DNA of 64,000 nucleotides from positions 15,990 through 79,989 of the IMG/VR virus record IMGVR_UViG_3300021958_000045. The stretch is one strand, 5' to 3'. The notes under the pieces were generated by a model. The model worked only from the letters and a program-made list of their open reading frames with translations, ran no database searches and was not told the origin of the DNA. Shown here piece after piece: positions 1 to 15,000 of the stretch. Source of the DNA: a virus. Its lineage: Duplodnaviria; Caudoviricetes. Every line of letters begins with the position of its first letter. Positions within the stretch are counted from its first letter, which is position 1. The translations under genes and the position numbers were made by a program.

Positions 1-3000
1 AAGCTCATCCAGTCTCTTCCGTCTTTTTTTCCAGTACTGCTTTGAGACCAAGCTTTAGACATTTTATTATCTTCATAATTTTTGGTATACATAGATCGTA
101 GAGATTGACTCAACTCTTCCCATTGTCTACCGTCTTGTTTGCCTGTATCGCTTTTTGTCCAAGCTTCTGCAAGGTCTACGTCAGGACTATCAAATTTTGT
201 TTTACTTAAAGTTTTACTTAGACTATCAATATTTACGTTTAATTTATTTATTCCAGGTATTGGATTCTTTTCTGCTCTAGAAGACTGACCTCTATTTGGA
301 ACAAATCCTTGTGCAGCGTTTTGAATTTTTTTGTCATATGGATCTATACCAAATTCATCTTGAACATCTTCTGCATATTTTCTAGATACTGAAGAATTTT
401 TTGGAGGAGCTACAAAATCAACCCCTCCATGGCTAAATATTTTTTCTTGAGCATTTACAATTCTTTTTTCGTATCTTCCTGTTCCTGTTCTCAAATTAGC
501 TATACCCACTTGATCGGCGGTAACAGGTTTTTTGTAGCTCGCTAAAACTGATTGTTTCACCTCTGAATATGCTTGATGCAAATTAGCTTTTCCTGGAGAA
601 GAAGCCGCTGTTCTTGAGCTTGCAAAAGGTTTGGATTTTTTAGGCTGAAACCCTAAAGCAGAATTATTAACCTTTGCTTTGCTAGCTTTTGCTTGATTTT
701 GTTTTGCAAAATCTTCAAGCATTTTCTTTCTAGATAATTCTTCTGGACTCAATCTTCCATCTTTATTTAAGTCATAAGCTTCATCATATGAAATTTTACT
801 TTTTTGTTCTCTCACTTTATCAGCCTGTTTTTGCATGGTTCTAATATCTTGAGATGCATTAGCTGCGGCCTGCTGAACAAGATCCAAATCAAAAGTTTCT
901 TCTAAACCTTCCAGTTTATTTGTTTTTGCGATCACGTCAAACGGACCTGTACCCTCAAGGCGAGACATAGTTTTCCTAGATTCTTCTTGAATTATTGGAA
1001 CTCCATTGCTATCGGTTCTAACTAATTTATCTGCAACATCTATATTTAATCTTAAAGCAGCTTTTTTCTCTTCATCACTTAATTCAGAAATGACTGGTCT
1101 GCGAATAATGTTTTCAGATATAGATGCCATTTCTGGATTAGCTCTAAAACCTCTAGGATTAACAGAGTCAAAAAGAATATTGTGTTTTGCTTCTGGATGA
1201 TTGCTAATTATTTTTTTGAAATTGTTAAAATGAGCAATTCTTTTTCTTGCCAAAGATTCTAACTTTCTCTTTCGATCTTTTTCAGTTCTAATATATGAAC
1301 CATTTATTTTTGTTGCGCCTTGACCTTGAATATCTAAATCTTCAAGCTTTTTAATATTGCCGTCGGTTTCGTTCATGAATCTGTATTGCAATACTGCACT
1401 AGATCCTGCAGAAGATATAAATCTTGCTAATGGTTCGCTAGTACCAAGTCTATCCATCATTTGACCTGCAGCTCTAGAAATTCCAGAACTTCTTCTTTTT
1501 TCGCCTACGATTCTCCGAGCGACCATTTCTCTTTTTTTGTATTCTCTTAGTTCATCTCTTTCTCCTCGTGTAAGCGGAGTTCTGCTATCTATTTTTCTCT
1601 TAAGATAGTCAGGTACTCCTTCACCTTTTGCTGTTGCATATAAATCATTTTTATCTACGTTAGATATATAATTATTTAATTGGCTAACTATACTTGGTGG
1701 AACCTTTTGCTCAATCGCTTCTTTATATTTTCTTTTAAAACTTTCTCTACCACTTAAACTCATTCCTTGGTATATTGAGGTAAAGTCTTCTGGCCCTCCG
1801 CCTTTAAAACCATTTTGAGCGCTCTTTGATATAGCCATCATTAATTTCTCATTAGGATCTAATATATTAAATCTGCCAACGACTTCTGGCTGTAAAGCTT
1901 GTTGAGCTTTCAACCCTGCATCTCTTCTTTCTCTAGAAACTACGAAGCCACCACCTTGCTCTGAGGCAGATGAAGTATCTGTTAAATCTCCAGGAGCGCC
2001 CGTAGCATTTAAGACAAACTTTGCAGATTCATTACCAAATAATGATAAAGCTCCTTTAGTGAACTTTCCTCCAAATTTTTCAGACCAAATATTTTGTAAT
2101 CTATCAATTTTTTCTCCCGCTTTATAAACATACTTATTCCCAGGGTGAGTATCTACAAGTAGTTCGTTAATTTTTTCTGGCGTAATTGCGTTATCGCCTA
2201 TTCGTTTTGCATATTCTCCATCTTCAGTCATCCACCCTCTTTGCATCATAACTGCTCGCATTTCATCTCCCCTAGCTTGCAATAGTTTTTTAGCTGCATC
2301 CTGTTTATCGCTAACAGGAATGTCAACACCTTCTCCAGTTTTTAACATAATTTTTTCTCCTGCATAGCTATCATACCAATCTTGATAAGCTGGACCCAAT
2401 TTCCAATCAGTATTTTGAATATCTAAATAATTTTTTCTATTAAGAACATCGTTCATAGTTGAATCAGGATAAGCCATTTGCCTATGAAACAATTCTTCTT
2501 GAATAGCTTCTTTATAGCGTTGCAAAGCTAGAGCTTTTGTTTCTGCATCTGCACCAGTGGCAACCTTTTGGTCGTACGCTCCTTTGGCATTATCTACTTT
2601 ATTCCAGAGAAAACCTTTTCTTTCGTTGTAGTCTTTACTGTATTGCTGTATAAATTTCAACGGGTCTCTTACATCAGTAAAGCTTTCTCTGCTAATTTTC
2701 CTTTCTTTTGCATTAGATACCATTTTTTCGAGACCCTCTTTATGCTTTTCTTGTATGCTAGTTTCTCTTTCTCTCCATGACGCAGCAATTTCTTTTGATT
2801 TTCCAAAAGGATTTGTTAAATTTGTATTATCATCTCCTCCTCGACCAGTGATTCCAGCAACTTTCGCAGAGGCATTGCTTGATAAATTGCCCATTTCATT
2901 TGCCATTACAGACATGGCATTTTGATTTGAGTATTTGTTGATAAATTCTTTTTCCTCTGAGAGTCTTCTCGCAGTATCAACCTCTTTAAATTGAGCTCCA

Positions 3001-6000
3001 AATTGCCTATCAAGAGCTGCCTCATCATAACCTGTTATTTGATTGGTTATATCTTGAGGATCTTTTTCGGTTTCAAAAATTGTATCTGGTTCTCCTGCCC
3101 ATCCTCCTTGCCCCCCTGTTTTAATATTTATACCTAAATCTTTTGCCACTTTTTCAGCGGTAGAAGAATCCATTGCTTGTGCAACACTAGATATTCCTCT
3201 AAAATAACGATCACTATAATTCTGCCAATCATCCCCAATAGCAGCTGGAGCCCAAGGCTCACCAGCTTTTGAGTCCCCTTCGTTTATTAAACCTTGGTTA
3301 ATTAAAAAATTTGGCAAACTAAAAGCTCGGCCAGCAAGCATACCTTCTTTTGTGGACCCTTGATTAAATTCGTTATTTATAAAACTAACTTTATCTCTTC
3401 TTTCTCTATAAGCATTCATGGTTTCTTGCATTTCTCTGTAAGCTGGAAGATGCTCTTTTCCTTTCCATTTATCGGAACCCAATTCAGTTTCTAAATGTCT
3501 GTAATTTTTAATATCTTCTGGACTTAATTGTAAATCCATTTTTTGTTTAAACAAATCTCCATATCTATCCTGAGATCTTTGATCAAGTTTTTGTCCCTTG
3601 CTTATAATAGACCTATGTAAACCTACATTCTGTATTAATTTCATTGCTTCTGACTGAGCTTTTGAAAAGTCTTCTCTGGAAGCTTCTGGAATACTGTTTT
3701 TATCGAGCATTGCAAGCTCTTTCCATATTTCTACAGCCCTAACTCCGCCTTCTGTGCCTCCATAGAAATAAGAATTTAAACCTTCTTTCAAGGATTCTCC
3801 GTATGGAGACACTTGCTTGACATATTTATTTTTTAGAAAATCTCTTACCCTGTCTTGAACTATAGATTTATTTTTATCATTTCCACTGCCATCATTTTGG
3901 AATATTTCTGCTCGAGATAAACCGCCATCAGGCCCATCTCCTAATCCTGAACCATCAAACTTAGTAGTTAAAGCTCTAAATATTTCAGGAGTTAAAGTGC
4001 CTCTTCTTGTGCCAGCTATTTTTCTGGCCGATTCATTATAGCCAATACCTTCTTCTGGGTTAAATTTTGCAGGATCAAATCTATCGTCCAGTAAATTAAT
4101 TTCGTCAGGAGTAATAATTCCATCTTGATTTACATCAAATAACTTAAAGTCTTTTTTAATATTTTGTACAAGCGCATCTGCAGCTCTTTCGTCTGCACTT
4201 TGGATTATGTTTCCATCTTCGTCCAAAACATTTGCAAAATCTTTTTGAGCTCGTACAGTTCCATCTGCTTCATCTATAATTCCTCCTGCAAGCCTTGCTC
4301 CGCCAGATTTTAACAGATCTTCTTTAACAGGCTTTCTAAAGTTTTCAATTAATAATTTATTCCAATCTTCTGTTCTTGTTGAAACGTCTTTATCTCTCCA
4401 CCAGTTCATAGAATAACCAGCGGTCATTAATTGGTTATTTAACTTTTGCTTTGACTTTTGAATCTCTTCGTAAGGTATTGCCCCTAATAAATCATCATTT
4501 TTTGTATCTAAGCCCATACCTTTTCTGTAGGCACTTTCCATTGTGGCGGTATATGGCAACATTTCAGGCAATCCTTTAACAAGCTCCCAGTCTTGCATGG
4601 CTTGTTTTTTCTGGTCAAGCAAACCATTAAAACTTTCTCCCTGATTAGAACCTCTAGTCATTACAGAATCAAAAAGATCTCTAAAATAAGTTCCTCTATA
4701 GCTCTGATTACCTATTTTGCCCTCAAGAATAGCTTGTCCAGCAATAGAATCTTCCTCTCCTGTCCTTAAATAAAGCCCTTTTTTCTTAAGTAATTCAGAA
4801 TATGTTTCTTGATCTCTAATAATACTTGCATAACTAGACTTGGTGTCCCTAGAGCTATGCCATTCGTCAAGATCTTTTTGAAATTGTTTTGACGTTGATT
4901 TTTTTGTAGCAGATGATCGTCCGTCAGCGAATATGTTCATTGTCCTTCTCAGCTCAAATTCATCATCATCATTAAAAGTTTTTTGTTGAATAATCTGAGA
5001 GCCAGGACTAGCTTTTTCAAGTTTTTTCTTTTCCAATCTTAATCTTCTGTTTCTCGCGACCATCATCTGTATAGCTTCTTCTCTAAGCATCCATCTATCT
5101 TTTTGCTCTAATACGTTTTTACTAACGTCACCAGGTGCAGATTTTTTTGAGTCTTCGATATTACTTTTACCAGTATAAAGAGGATTCTTGCTAAAATGAT
5201 TGTATAAACTTCCAACCTTTCGATCTAAAGAAATTTCTTCATCTATACCTAATTGCTTACTTAATCTATTAATAGTTGATTCAAATTGAGTTTGAGAATT
5301 TTTTCTCAATTGCATACCTTGTGCAACTTTATCTGGAGCAGTTAAAAATGGTTTTAAATTTGCTCTTTTTAGTTTTGTTTCGCTTAAAGATTTAACTATT
5401 TCTCCTCTTTCCGCTGTAAGATGATCTCTTTCTTTTTGAGATATATTAGATGTAAGCTTTTTATCAATGACTGACATCTCCGCTTCTCTTTCGCTTACTC
5501 TTTTTCTTAATTTAATATCTTCTTCTCTCTTAGATTCTAAACCTCCTTGGAACCTAGATACATAACCATTAATATCTTCAGGATTCAAAGAACCAAGTTT
5601 AAGAATATTAGCTGAGCCTACCTCAGCACTTTCGAAGTCTTTATTAATTGCATCTACTTGAGTTCCATATCCCAAACCTTTTTGCATAGAATAACCAGCT
5701 TCTGTTATTTGTGTTTTGGATGCTTGAACCCCCATGTTTCGTTCTATCAAAGCTTTATTAAATTGTGCATGCATAACTTCATCTGCTTGAAGATCAGCAA
5801 GAGCTTCATAGTATTCTACATCTTGCCCTTGCATGTCCTTGCTTTGATACTGCGCCTCTTCTCCTCTTTTTAGCAGGGCAGACATAGCACTTAAATATAT
5901 TCTCTGTTCTTTAGGAATTTTTTCATCAAATTCTTCAAAAGTTTTAAATTTGGATTTATTATAATTCTCTTCGCCATATCCAGGTCTTCCATACTCTCTG

Positions 6001-9000
6001 CTAGGATCTGCATCAGATATTCCACGGGTATTCTTTACTCTTTCTGCTTGAGATTGCTCAAACGCCTTTCGAGTTGCTGGAGTCTGCTCGCCTGATGCAA
6101 AATTCTTTTGTGCTTTGTAGTACGATTGCATTGGTTCTTCATATCTACTCTTGGTCAAATCTTGCATATGTTTTTCATACAATCTTTCAAAACTCCTTTC
6201 ATTATTCACGTCACCCATTCCAGGAAAAGAAACAAGACCGTGTTTTTCATGCTTCATAATCGTTGATTTGGTTGCTTCGTCATACTGCACGTTCCAGCCA
6301 TCATCCTGTTTGCCTAGTATAAAATTATTTATTTTGGTTTCTTTGCTATTATCCCCGCCTTGGCTCGCAATACCCATTCCTTGCAAAATTTTATCAACTG
6401 CTTGTGCAGGTTTTTTCTCAATCCTGCCCGTTGTTCGAAAGTTTTGAAATTGCTCTTTTATTCTTGCTTGAACTTTAAGCATTGGAATTCTACGGTTGGT
6501 ATCTCTATGATCAACAGTATCAATACCTAAGACTTGAGCCATTTCATATGGATAAGTTAATTTACCATAATCTAAAGAGCCTCTGTCCATTTCTTTCATC
6601 CATTCGTCGTAGTCAGTTATCTTTTTCCCGTCTTTATAAAAAATTTGTGCCCGTCGATCTTTAATTTTTCCTAGGTTTGAATCAGGATCCCAACTGATTT
6701 TTTCTTTTAAAAATTCCTTTTCAGGCATTTTTCCAATTTCCATAGTTTCCTCTAAAGAACTTGCTCCCGCATAATCTGTACTGGAACGAAGCAAACCTTG
6801 TCTTGCATTAAAATCATGCACTCTTTCTAAGCCTTTTAAATAAGTTCTAGATTTTTGCTGTCTTAAATTAACAAGTTCTTCGGTATTGGGCTGGTAAACA
6901 TATTCCTCACCTTTCTCGTTAATTTTTGTTGACGTAAAATCTTTGGAATTTAATTTTTCTAAAATTTGTTTTTGAGTAAAACCTTCTTTCTCCATTTTAG
7001 TTTGCTCTTTTAAGTCGGTTACTAAATTTGGATCAAACAATGTTACAGTATCTGATAAAATTTTTGAAACAGCATCTGCAGTATAATTATGCTTTACTAA
7101 TTTTTCATTTGGTTTTTCGTTTTTTTGTAGAGTGCCTGCTTGATATAAATCTCTATTTGCTAAAATTCTTGTATCCATTTGTTCTGCGAGTCTATAAGCG
7201 CTTCGCATTATTTCGCCTTGCTCGATGGCTAATTGGTAATAACGATCTCTTTCTGCTTGGTCATAAAATGTATGAAAAGCTTCTTTGCTAGAATAGTCAA
7301 CCCCCAACCTTTTTCCTTTATTAACAAAACTGCCTAAATAATATTTATCTAATAACTGCCTTGCAGATTCAGCCTTGCTCTTTGCAAGATTTATAATTTC
7401 TTTCTGTCGTTCTAGGAGTTCTTCAGAACTCATTGCATATTTAGTATTATTAATTTCATCTGGATCAAAATTTAAATAATCTCCCAAACCTACTCGAGCA
7501 GTATAAGCCGCAGCTCCTAAAGGAGCGCCGACAGCAAATCCAAGCAAAGGATTCTTGCTTTCAAATGCTAATCCTGTACCAAACCCTAATGCATAATTGC
7601 CTCCAGCCCTTAAATGCCCCTCCATGCCAGAATAATCCATACGCGCTTTCTCTCCCCTTGCAACGAAAAATTCTGCCGCAGTCACTCCAGCAAACCTTCT
7701 GGCTGCAGTCTTCAACGCGGCACCTTTAGTCATTGCTGCTGCGGTGGATGTACCCATTCTAGCCCTTGTTCCAACAATAGCTGCGTCGGCTAAATTTGCA
7801 CTAAGTACACCCGCAACTTCTGATCCAGTAAATTGAGAAAGTCCTACAGATTCTGCGAGGTCATTTCCTTCACCAACTTTGCCTTGAGCAAATCCTTTGC
7901 CGTAAGATCTTAAAAAAGCTCTTTCTTCGGAATTATCTCCTAATCCTTTTGCTGAATATCCGCTCAAGTTATTTTCATGCGCATACTGCGTGGCAGCTTC
8001 TCTACTTTCAAAAAACATTGGTTGAGCTCTAGCATCTTCCAGGTTATCCTGGCTTGCCATAGTATATTCAGATAAACCAGGAATACCTTCTTCCCCGCCA
8101 GCTAAACCTTCTAAATTTCTTCTAGCGATTTTTGCAGCAATATTTTTTCTAGCTAGTTCAGTTGCATTTTTATCGCCTTCAACTTTACTCTCGGCCATTT
8201 GCTTCAAGCCAATTTTTGTCAAAGCTTTATCGTGCCAAGATGCTTCTTCTGGCGCATCAAGCAGGCCAGCTTGTTTCTTTTTGTTAAGTAAAGTTTTTTG
8301 TTGTTGTATTAAATCAGTGCCAGCCGTAGATAAATAATTCCCTGTACCTACAGATACATTATCTTTATTCCGAACTTGTTTTTCTAAAACAAAATGTTTT
8401 GGCTCACTTCCAATCATGTTTGCAGCAGAATCTAAAACACTCATTCCAGTTTCTGTTTGAAATGCAAGAATACCTGCAGCAGGAAGTAATGTACCAACAG
8501 TTGCACCCCTTAAAGGTCCACCTCCATAATTCATTGCACTATCAAATGCTTGACCAGCTCTTTGTAGATTTACTGCATTGGCTTGTCTGTTAATTTCTTT
8601 AGCTCTCAACAGACTTCCTTCTTTCGTCAAAGTATATCTTCCAGGGTTTCCATCTATGTCTCCAGGAAGAACCCCTCTCATAAATTTTTCTTGCTCCATT
8701 CTAATTTTTTCGCTAATTGACTCTTTTTTGAAATCGCCTAGTTCAGAAGTCGAAGTCTCGCTTATAGAGCGACTACTTAGCTCTGCTCTTTTTTGGATAT
8801 TACTGAAAGCCTCGCTTCTTTTCTTTTCAAATTCATCTACAGAATAAGTTTTAATACTTCCATCTGGCTCTTGATAATCAACAACTCTTGTTGATTCTCT
8901 TAAACCTTCTGCAACCTTGTCAAGATCTAGCGCTCGATAATCATTACCTTTTCTTGTGATAGTTTTTGAAAATTCTTCAGGAACATTAATGTGTTTACCG

Positions 9001-12000
9001 CTAGTTTCAGATTCAATCAAACGTCTTTGAAACACGTTGGAAGATGTAAGACTTTTTGGAGCAGAAATTTGTTTATCAAGTAAAGCTCCTTTTACTGCGG
9101 TAGTTCCTTGATTAACTTTTTTCATAACTTCTCCTGCTTTAAGAAATTTAATGTTTTCTCCCGCAGTTATTCTCTTCATCATATGATCCTTTGGATTTAA
9201 AGACCTTCTTAAAGCATGAGCTTCTTTAATATCTTTACTGCCAACATATGGAGATAGTTTCGGATCATACGTAATAATATCTTTTCCGTTTTGCTCGACC
9301 CTCATTCTTCCTGTTAATTGGTCTAAAACTTTATCCTCGTATTCAGTCCAACCAGATTGAGATCTGTTAAATTTTTCTGTTTGTTTAAAAGTTTGTGTCA
9401 AAGATTCGCTAGTATCAAAAGCAATTGGCTTACTACCTATATTCATTTCCATTGCTAGTTTTGCTTCGGCTTTACGACTTTGCTCAGCTCTATGATTTTC
9501 TTCTGCCATTTGTTTAGCAATTCCCTCTGGATGCTTTTTGGCTTGTTCGGCTCTCCATGCAGAAATTCGCTCTCTAACTGTCCCCCATTTTTCGGCAGTC
9601 CAGTCTTTTGCAGAGCCAGCAATAGGAACTATTGATGATACTCCATTCCAGATTCCTTTGCCTGCTTGCATTGTATTTTTCCATCCTTTTGTTTCTACTA
9701 AATAATCAATTAATCGTTTATGAGCTTTTCCTTTTTCAAGAAGTCTTTCTGATGTTGCTGCTTTTTCAGGATCTGCTAAATATTCTTCTTTTGATTTTTT
9801 CCAGTTATCGTCTACTTCTTCTACTTCCTCTATTGTTTGCTGGACAATATTATCATCTACGCTTGCAACTTCTCGAACTTTTGCTTCAGTTTCTGCACCC
9901 GTTTCTCTAACAGCTGCAGCTTGTTCGACTGGATCTGCTTTGGCTTCTTCTAACGCGTCAAGTTCTTCAATTGCCTCTTCCGAACGACGAGACCTAACAG
10001 GTGAATCTTCTCTTTTTGTTAATTTCACTCCAACTTCATTTGATGCAGTTCGAACACTTTGCTGATTAAAACTAGCCAGCTGATTATTTGCTCTTGTAAC
10101 ATTTTCTCTGTCAAAATTAGAAGATCTGCCTTGGCTGACTCTGAGATTGTCTATTTGTAATAACTCAGACATTCTTTGCAAATCTTCTTGTGTGGCTGCA
10201 TTACCTAGAGAAGTAAGCCTATCAAACTCAGCTTTTTCAACTAACCTGTCATTTATTAATTGTTGTTGTTTTTCAGCTATTATATTCCTAGATGTTTCTA
10301 TAGTATTTTCTGGGTCAAGAGATTGAGATAAAGTAGATAGTCTTTGATCGGGCGCTTTTTGATCTAAATCTCCATCTAAAGAATCCATTGTAGACTGAAG
10401 GCTTGCAAGCTCTTCGGCAGTCATCCTGGTTTTAGTTAAATCTATTCCATCTTCTCCTACGTCACTAGTAGAAAGCGGCTGCCTTCCAGCTTCTAATTCT
10501 TGAGCGGCAAGCTCTAAAGATGCAGGGTTTACAATTCCATTTCCCTTTGAAGCGGCCAAAGAAGATAATTTACCTTCGTTTTCAAGTATTCTTGAAGCGT
10601 TAACCTGAGATGCCAAATCAGCATTTTTAAGATTATTTAAAACGGCCTCAGGATCTTTTGGAATCATTGGTACTGTTTTACCTCTGATTGCTGTTTGAGA
10701 AAATAGTTCGCCTTTTTGAATCTTTTGAAATATTTTATCTATTCCACCTTTTTTTAAATTCTCTATAGCTTTTCCATCTAACTTATTTCCTGCAGGATCC
10801 ATTAAGTCCATAAAGCTAACTAGTCTTGCAACATTAATATCACTCTTATGAAGGTTTTGAGTTTTTGCTTGTCTTAAAAAGTCTTCTCCCATCCCCATAC
10901 CGACAAACCTATCCAAGTTTATCAAATTTTCTCTCATACGATCTCCTAATCCGAATCCTTTACCTTGAGAATCTAAACCAATAACTCTCAGTTCTCTATC
11001 AACTAAAGATTCTGCTAAATTTTTATCAAAACCTGCAGTATTTTCTGGATCTAAAAATAAAACTTTAGAAATTTCTTCTCTTAATTTTACAAAATCTCCA
11101 TCCAGATCAAATGCAGCTGGACCTAATTTTTTTGCCATTGCTTGGTTAGTGACATCAAGCTTAGAAACTCCTTCAGCTCCTCCTCCCGTAAATACGCTCA
11201 AACCTGCGTCTGCTATAAGTTCCTTGAATTGCCTATTAATAAACAAATCTTGTCTTTCCATAAGCTTTGGATCTAATGCATTCAAGTGTTCATTTTTATT
11301 ACGAGTCAAAATGCGTAAATCTTCTTCAATAATTCCTCGTTTATTAGAAGGAATATTTGGATTATCTATTAATTGTTGTAACCTTTGTTTTTCACTGAGG
11401 AATTTTTTATTCAAATCTGCTTCATTAAAGTTTGCTGGAAGCCTCAATCTTTTTTGTAATTCTAAAGGAGCTTTTTGCCTAATTTCTCTAAGGACAAGTT
11501 GTTTTTGAAGTTCGTTTGCTCTACGATTAATATTTGAATTTGTTTTAACTTTATCTAAAGCAGTTTCGGTAGGAGGCAAAGGAACACTTTTTCTGGAATC
11601 AATATTATCGAACATTCTTTGCAAATGAATAGGATCTCCAGGCATTGTTCTTGTTGCTCGATCTACAAATTCTGGATTATTAATTAATTCATCAATTTGA
11701 TTCTCTGCTTTTGCCGCGCTTGTTACTTTGCTAATTTCAAATTGTTTATCTGTTAATCTAGAAGCCCTTGATTTTACATCTGCATTTTCCAGTAGCAAAG
11801 TTTTATTTTCTTGTCCAGTCTCTATAGAGTTAACTAAATCAGGATTATTATTTGCCCACTGTTGTAAAACATTCATTTCTTCTACGCTTAAATCGCTTCC
11901 AGATTTTAATTTATTAGAAATTTTAGAAACTTGTGCTTGATTAAGAACATCAGCCTGACTTGCGGATACCGCAAGTTCTCCTGTATTTGCTGGAGCTAAT

Positions 12001-15000
12001 TGAAGCTGAGCTTGTGCAGTTTGAACTCCTGCAACTTTTTGAGCACCTACCGCTCTTCCATTTGCATCATATATTACAGGTTTGGTTTCTACCGTTGGAG
12101 GATGAATGATTCCCGTAGAGTCCATAGTTCCAATTAAAGTTCCATCTGAAGCAAGAATATCAAAATCTGACAAGACAGTGCTTGGGCTTTTCGAAGGTAC
12201 AATCCCAGCCTGCCTAAAACTAACGTTACCGTGCTCTGGGAAAAGTTGACTCTTAGCTCTCCTTATTCTTTCCAAAAGAGGGGGATCAATAGTTTCAGCT
12301 CTTAAACTAAATAATCCGTCTACTCCTTCGGGCGAGGTAGAGCCGCCTATCACTTGCCTAAGTATTGATTGTTTTTTACTTTCTTCTGGCGCGTCTTTAA
12401 TTGGTGAAACCGAACCAGAAATATTCATAGCTCTTTGTTCTATTAACTCTTCTGCCATTTCAACGACTGGAGACTTTTGGCTTCTATGAGAAACTACAGA
12501 AGTTGTCCAAGGATTCCTGGGCGTAGATGCTGGCCGTTGAAACAAAGATTCACTAGTGGCGCTTGTAGAAGTGGTTACAGATCTTTCATTAGAAAGCTTT
12601 TGTAATTTTGAAAAAGTTGTTTCTTCGCTAGCAATATTTTCGCCAGATGCAAGATCTTGCATTTGTTGCGTCCGCACTATGTTGTTTTGTCTTTCTACCT
12701 CTTCAATTTCAGACCCTTTGTAACGTCCTACAAATTTTAATGCAGTTTTCTTTATTTTGTCCCATGAAGATAATTCTCGTAATTCAGGGTTATTATATGT
12801 TAACACATCTTTAAATTCTGAACCTTCCCCAATCGCCATGCTTGTTCGAGTTCTACCTAAACCCTTATCAATTTCCGCTTCTTGAATTTTTCTTACTCGC
12901 TCAATTTCTTCTTGTCTCTGCTGAGCTTTTTGTTCTTCAAGAGTCCTACGAGCTTTTTGTTCAAGCTCTTTTTGTCTTTGCCGTTGTTTTTTCTGTCTAT
13001 TTTTTCTAATTCTATTTGCTTGGATAGCTCGTTGAATTTTTTCAGTTACTGAACGTTCCCTTTGAAGATAATTCTCTTTTTGTTTGTGAACTCTATCTGC
13101 ACCAGTGTCAACTTCTCCATCAACTTTTTCGGCTAATATAGACTTAACGTCTTCATTTGTCTCTAAGGGGTTTGTAGGAGTATCTCCACTGTAAGTTCGG
13201 ACTCCTTCATTTTCTATTTGACTAAGAATCTCTTCTTCTTTTACTGGGTTTATTCCCTGTTTTTGTTCCGTGCTTCTGCCTGTTAAAATTCTTAAGGTTT
13301 GTAATTGGCGCTTTAACCAAGTTCCAGCCTGTCTAACAAAACCTCCTTCTGCAGATTTCCCTATTTCTTTTGATGCTTGTTCGGTTGCATTTTCCGCAGC
13401 TCGTGCAGTAATAGCCTCTTGACTTCTAATATCGTCAGCTAGATCTTTAGGTATAATATGGCTCTCGAGCCCTTTCATATTTTGCTTTGCAGCTTCAGTT
13501 AAAGTTCCAACTTTTGGAGCGCTATCTCCCAATGTTTTTGTTGCCCTAACGTTTGGCCCTGCGTCTGATCTAGCTTTCGGACCACCTCTTTCTACTGCTC
13601 TTTGAGTTGCTTTAGCGGCTCTTTGTCTGCGCATTGTTTCTTCTGAATCTGCATCCTGATTTGCCACCGCTTGTCTTATAGCTCTATTTTCTTCTCCAGT
13701 AAAAAGTTCAAGTTCGTCTATATCTGGATTGGTAGAATCAATTTGAGAAATTATATACTTACCACTTTGGAAATCTCTTGGTTTTGCTTTTGTTGCTTCT
13801 TCTACTGGAACAACTTGCCCATCTTTATTTCCTCCCATATATTCAATTACCATAGGTCTAAAAATTTGAGGTTCACCGATTTCTGGATCCATAAACTTCG
13901 CTTGATCAAAATCAAAATTCTCAACTCCGATTTTAGAAAATATCTGTTGATTTTCTTCCTTACGCATTTCCTCTATAAACGCACGTTGAAGTTTACTTAA
14001 GCCTCCTTGAGAATTTCCTTGTAGCCCATGAACTTGTTTTAATAAAGCAGCTCCCGAACTATTCCAATTTGCTACTGCAGAAGGCTTAATTGATTCAGGT
14101 TCTAAATCCCAAATATCCATATCTTCTCCAAGAGCCCTTGCTGTATTAATTATTCTTCTAGCTCCTTTTTGAGGCGCCGCAAAGTTAGGAACGTAAGGAT
14201 TTCTTTCGAGGTAGCCTCGCATAAATTTAGTTTTATCGTCAACGTCTTCATCTAATGTTCCGTGAGATGCAAAGGCTCCTTCTTGTGGGCCGAGTTTATG
14301 AACGCCTCTAATTTTATTAATATAATTTGTTGGGGCTACGCCACCTTCATCAATTTTATTAGTAACAACAGGCCCATCATAAGAACTAAAATATTGAGAT
14401 TTTCCACCTGGAACTGTCAACTGTATATTGCTAATAGGATCCATTACCCCTTTGTTTTCTAGAGCGGTTATTTCTCTAGAGATTGATTCGCTTGCTCCTG
14501 GCCAATATTTAGCAACCCTCAAGGCGGCTCCGCCAGTAAATGTTTTGCCAGCGAGTTTTTGAGCCATTGTTTGTTTTGGGGCGTAAGTGGTTTCTCCCCA
14601 AACACTTTCTGAATATACTTCTTGCTCTTTTGTTTTTTGAGAATCTTTTCTTTTTGAAATAATGTTTTGATGTAAATTATTTCTTAATATTTTTTCGTTC
14701 TTGACTAAGTTTTCAGCTCTTTGTTCCGCGCTAGGACTAATAAATTCTTTTTGTTTTTGTATTCTTAATCCAGTTTTGTGAGTATTTTGAATTTTGGTTA
14801 AATAATTGCTTTCTGCTACAGAGCCATCATCAACTCTATTGGTAATTACGGAATCAATAATACTTTTAGGCCCGATCTCAGATAATTCTTGATCGGGGAC
14901 TGTGAATTGAATTTCATTAATTGGATTTTTAACGCCTCGATCTTTAAGAGTTTTTATTTCTTTTTGTATAGTTTCTTTTGCTTCTGGATAATAATTTGCA

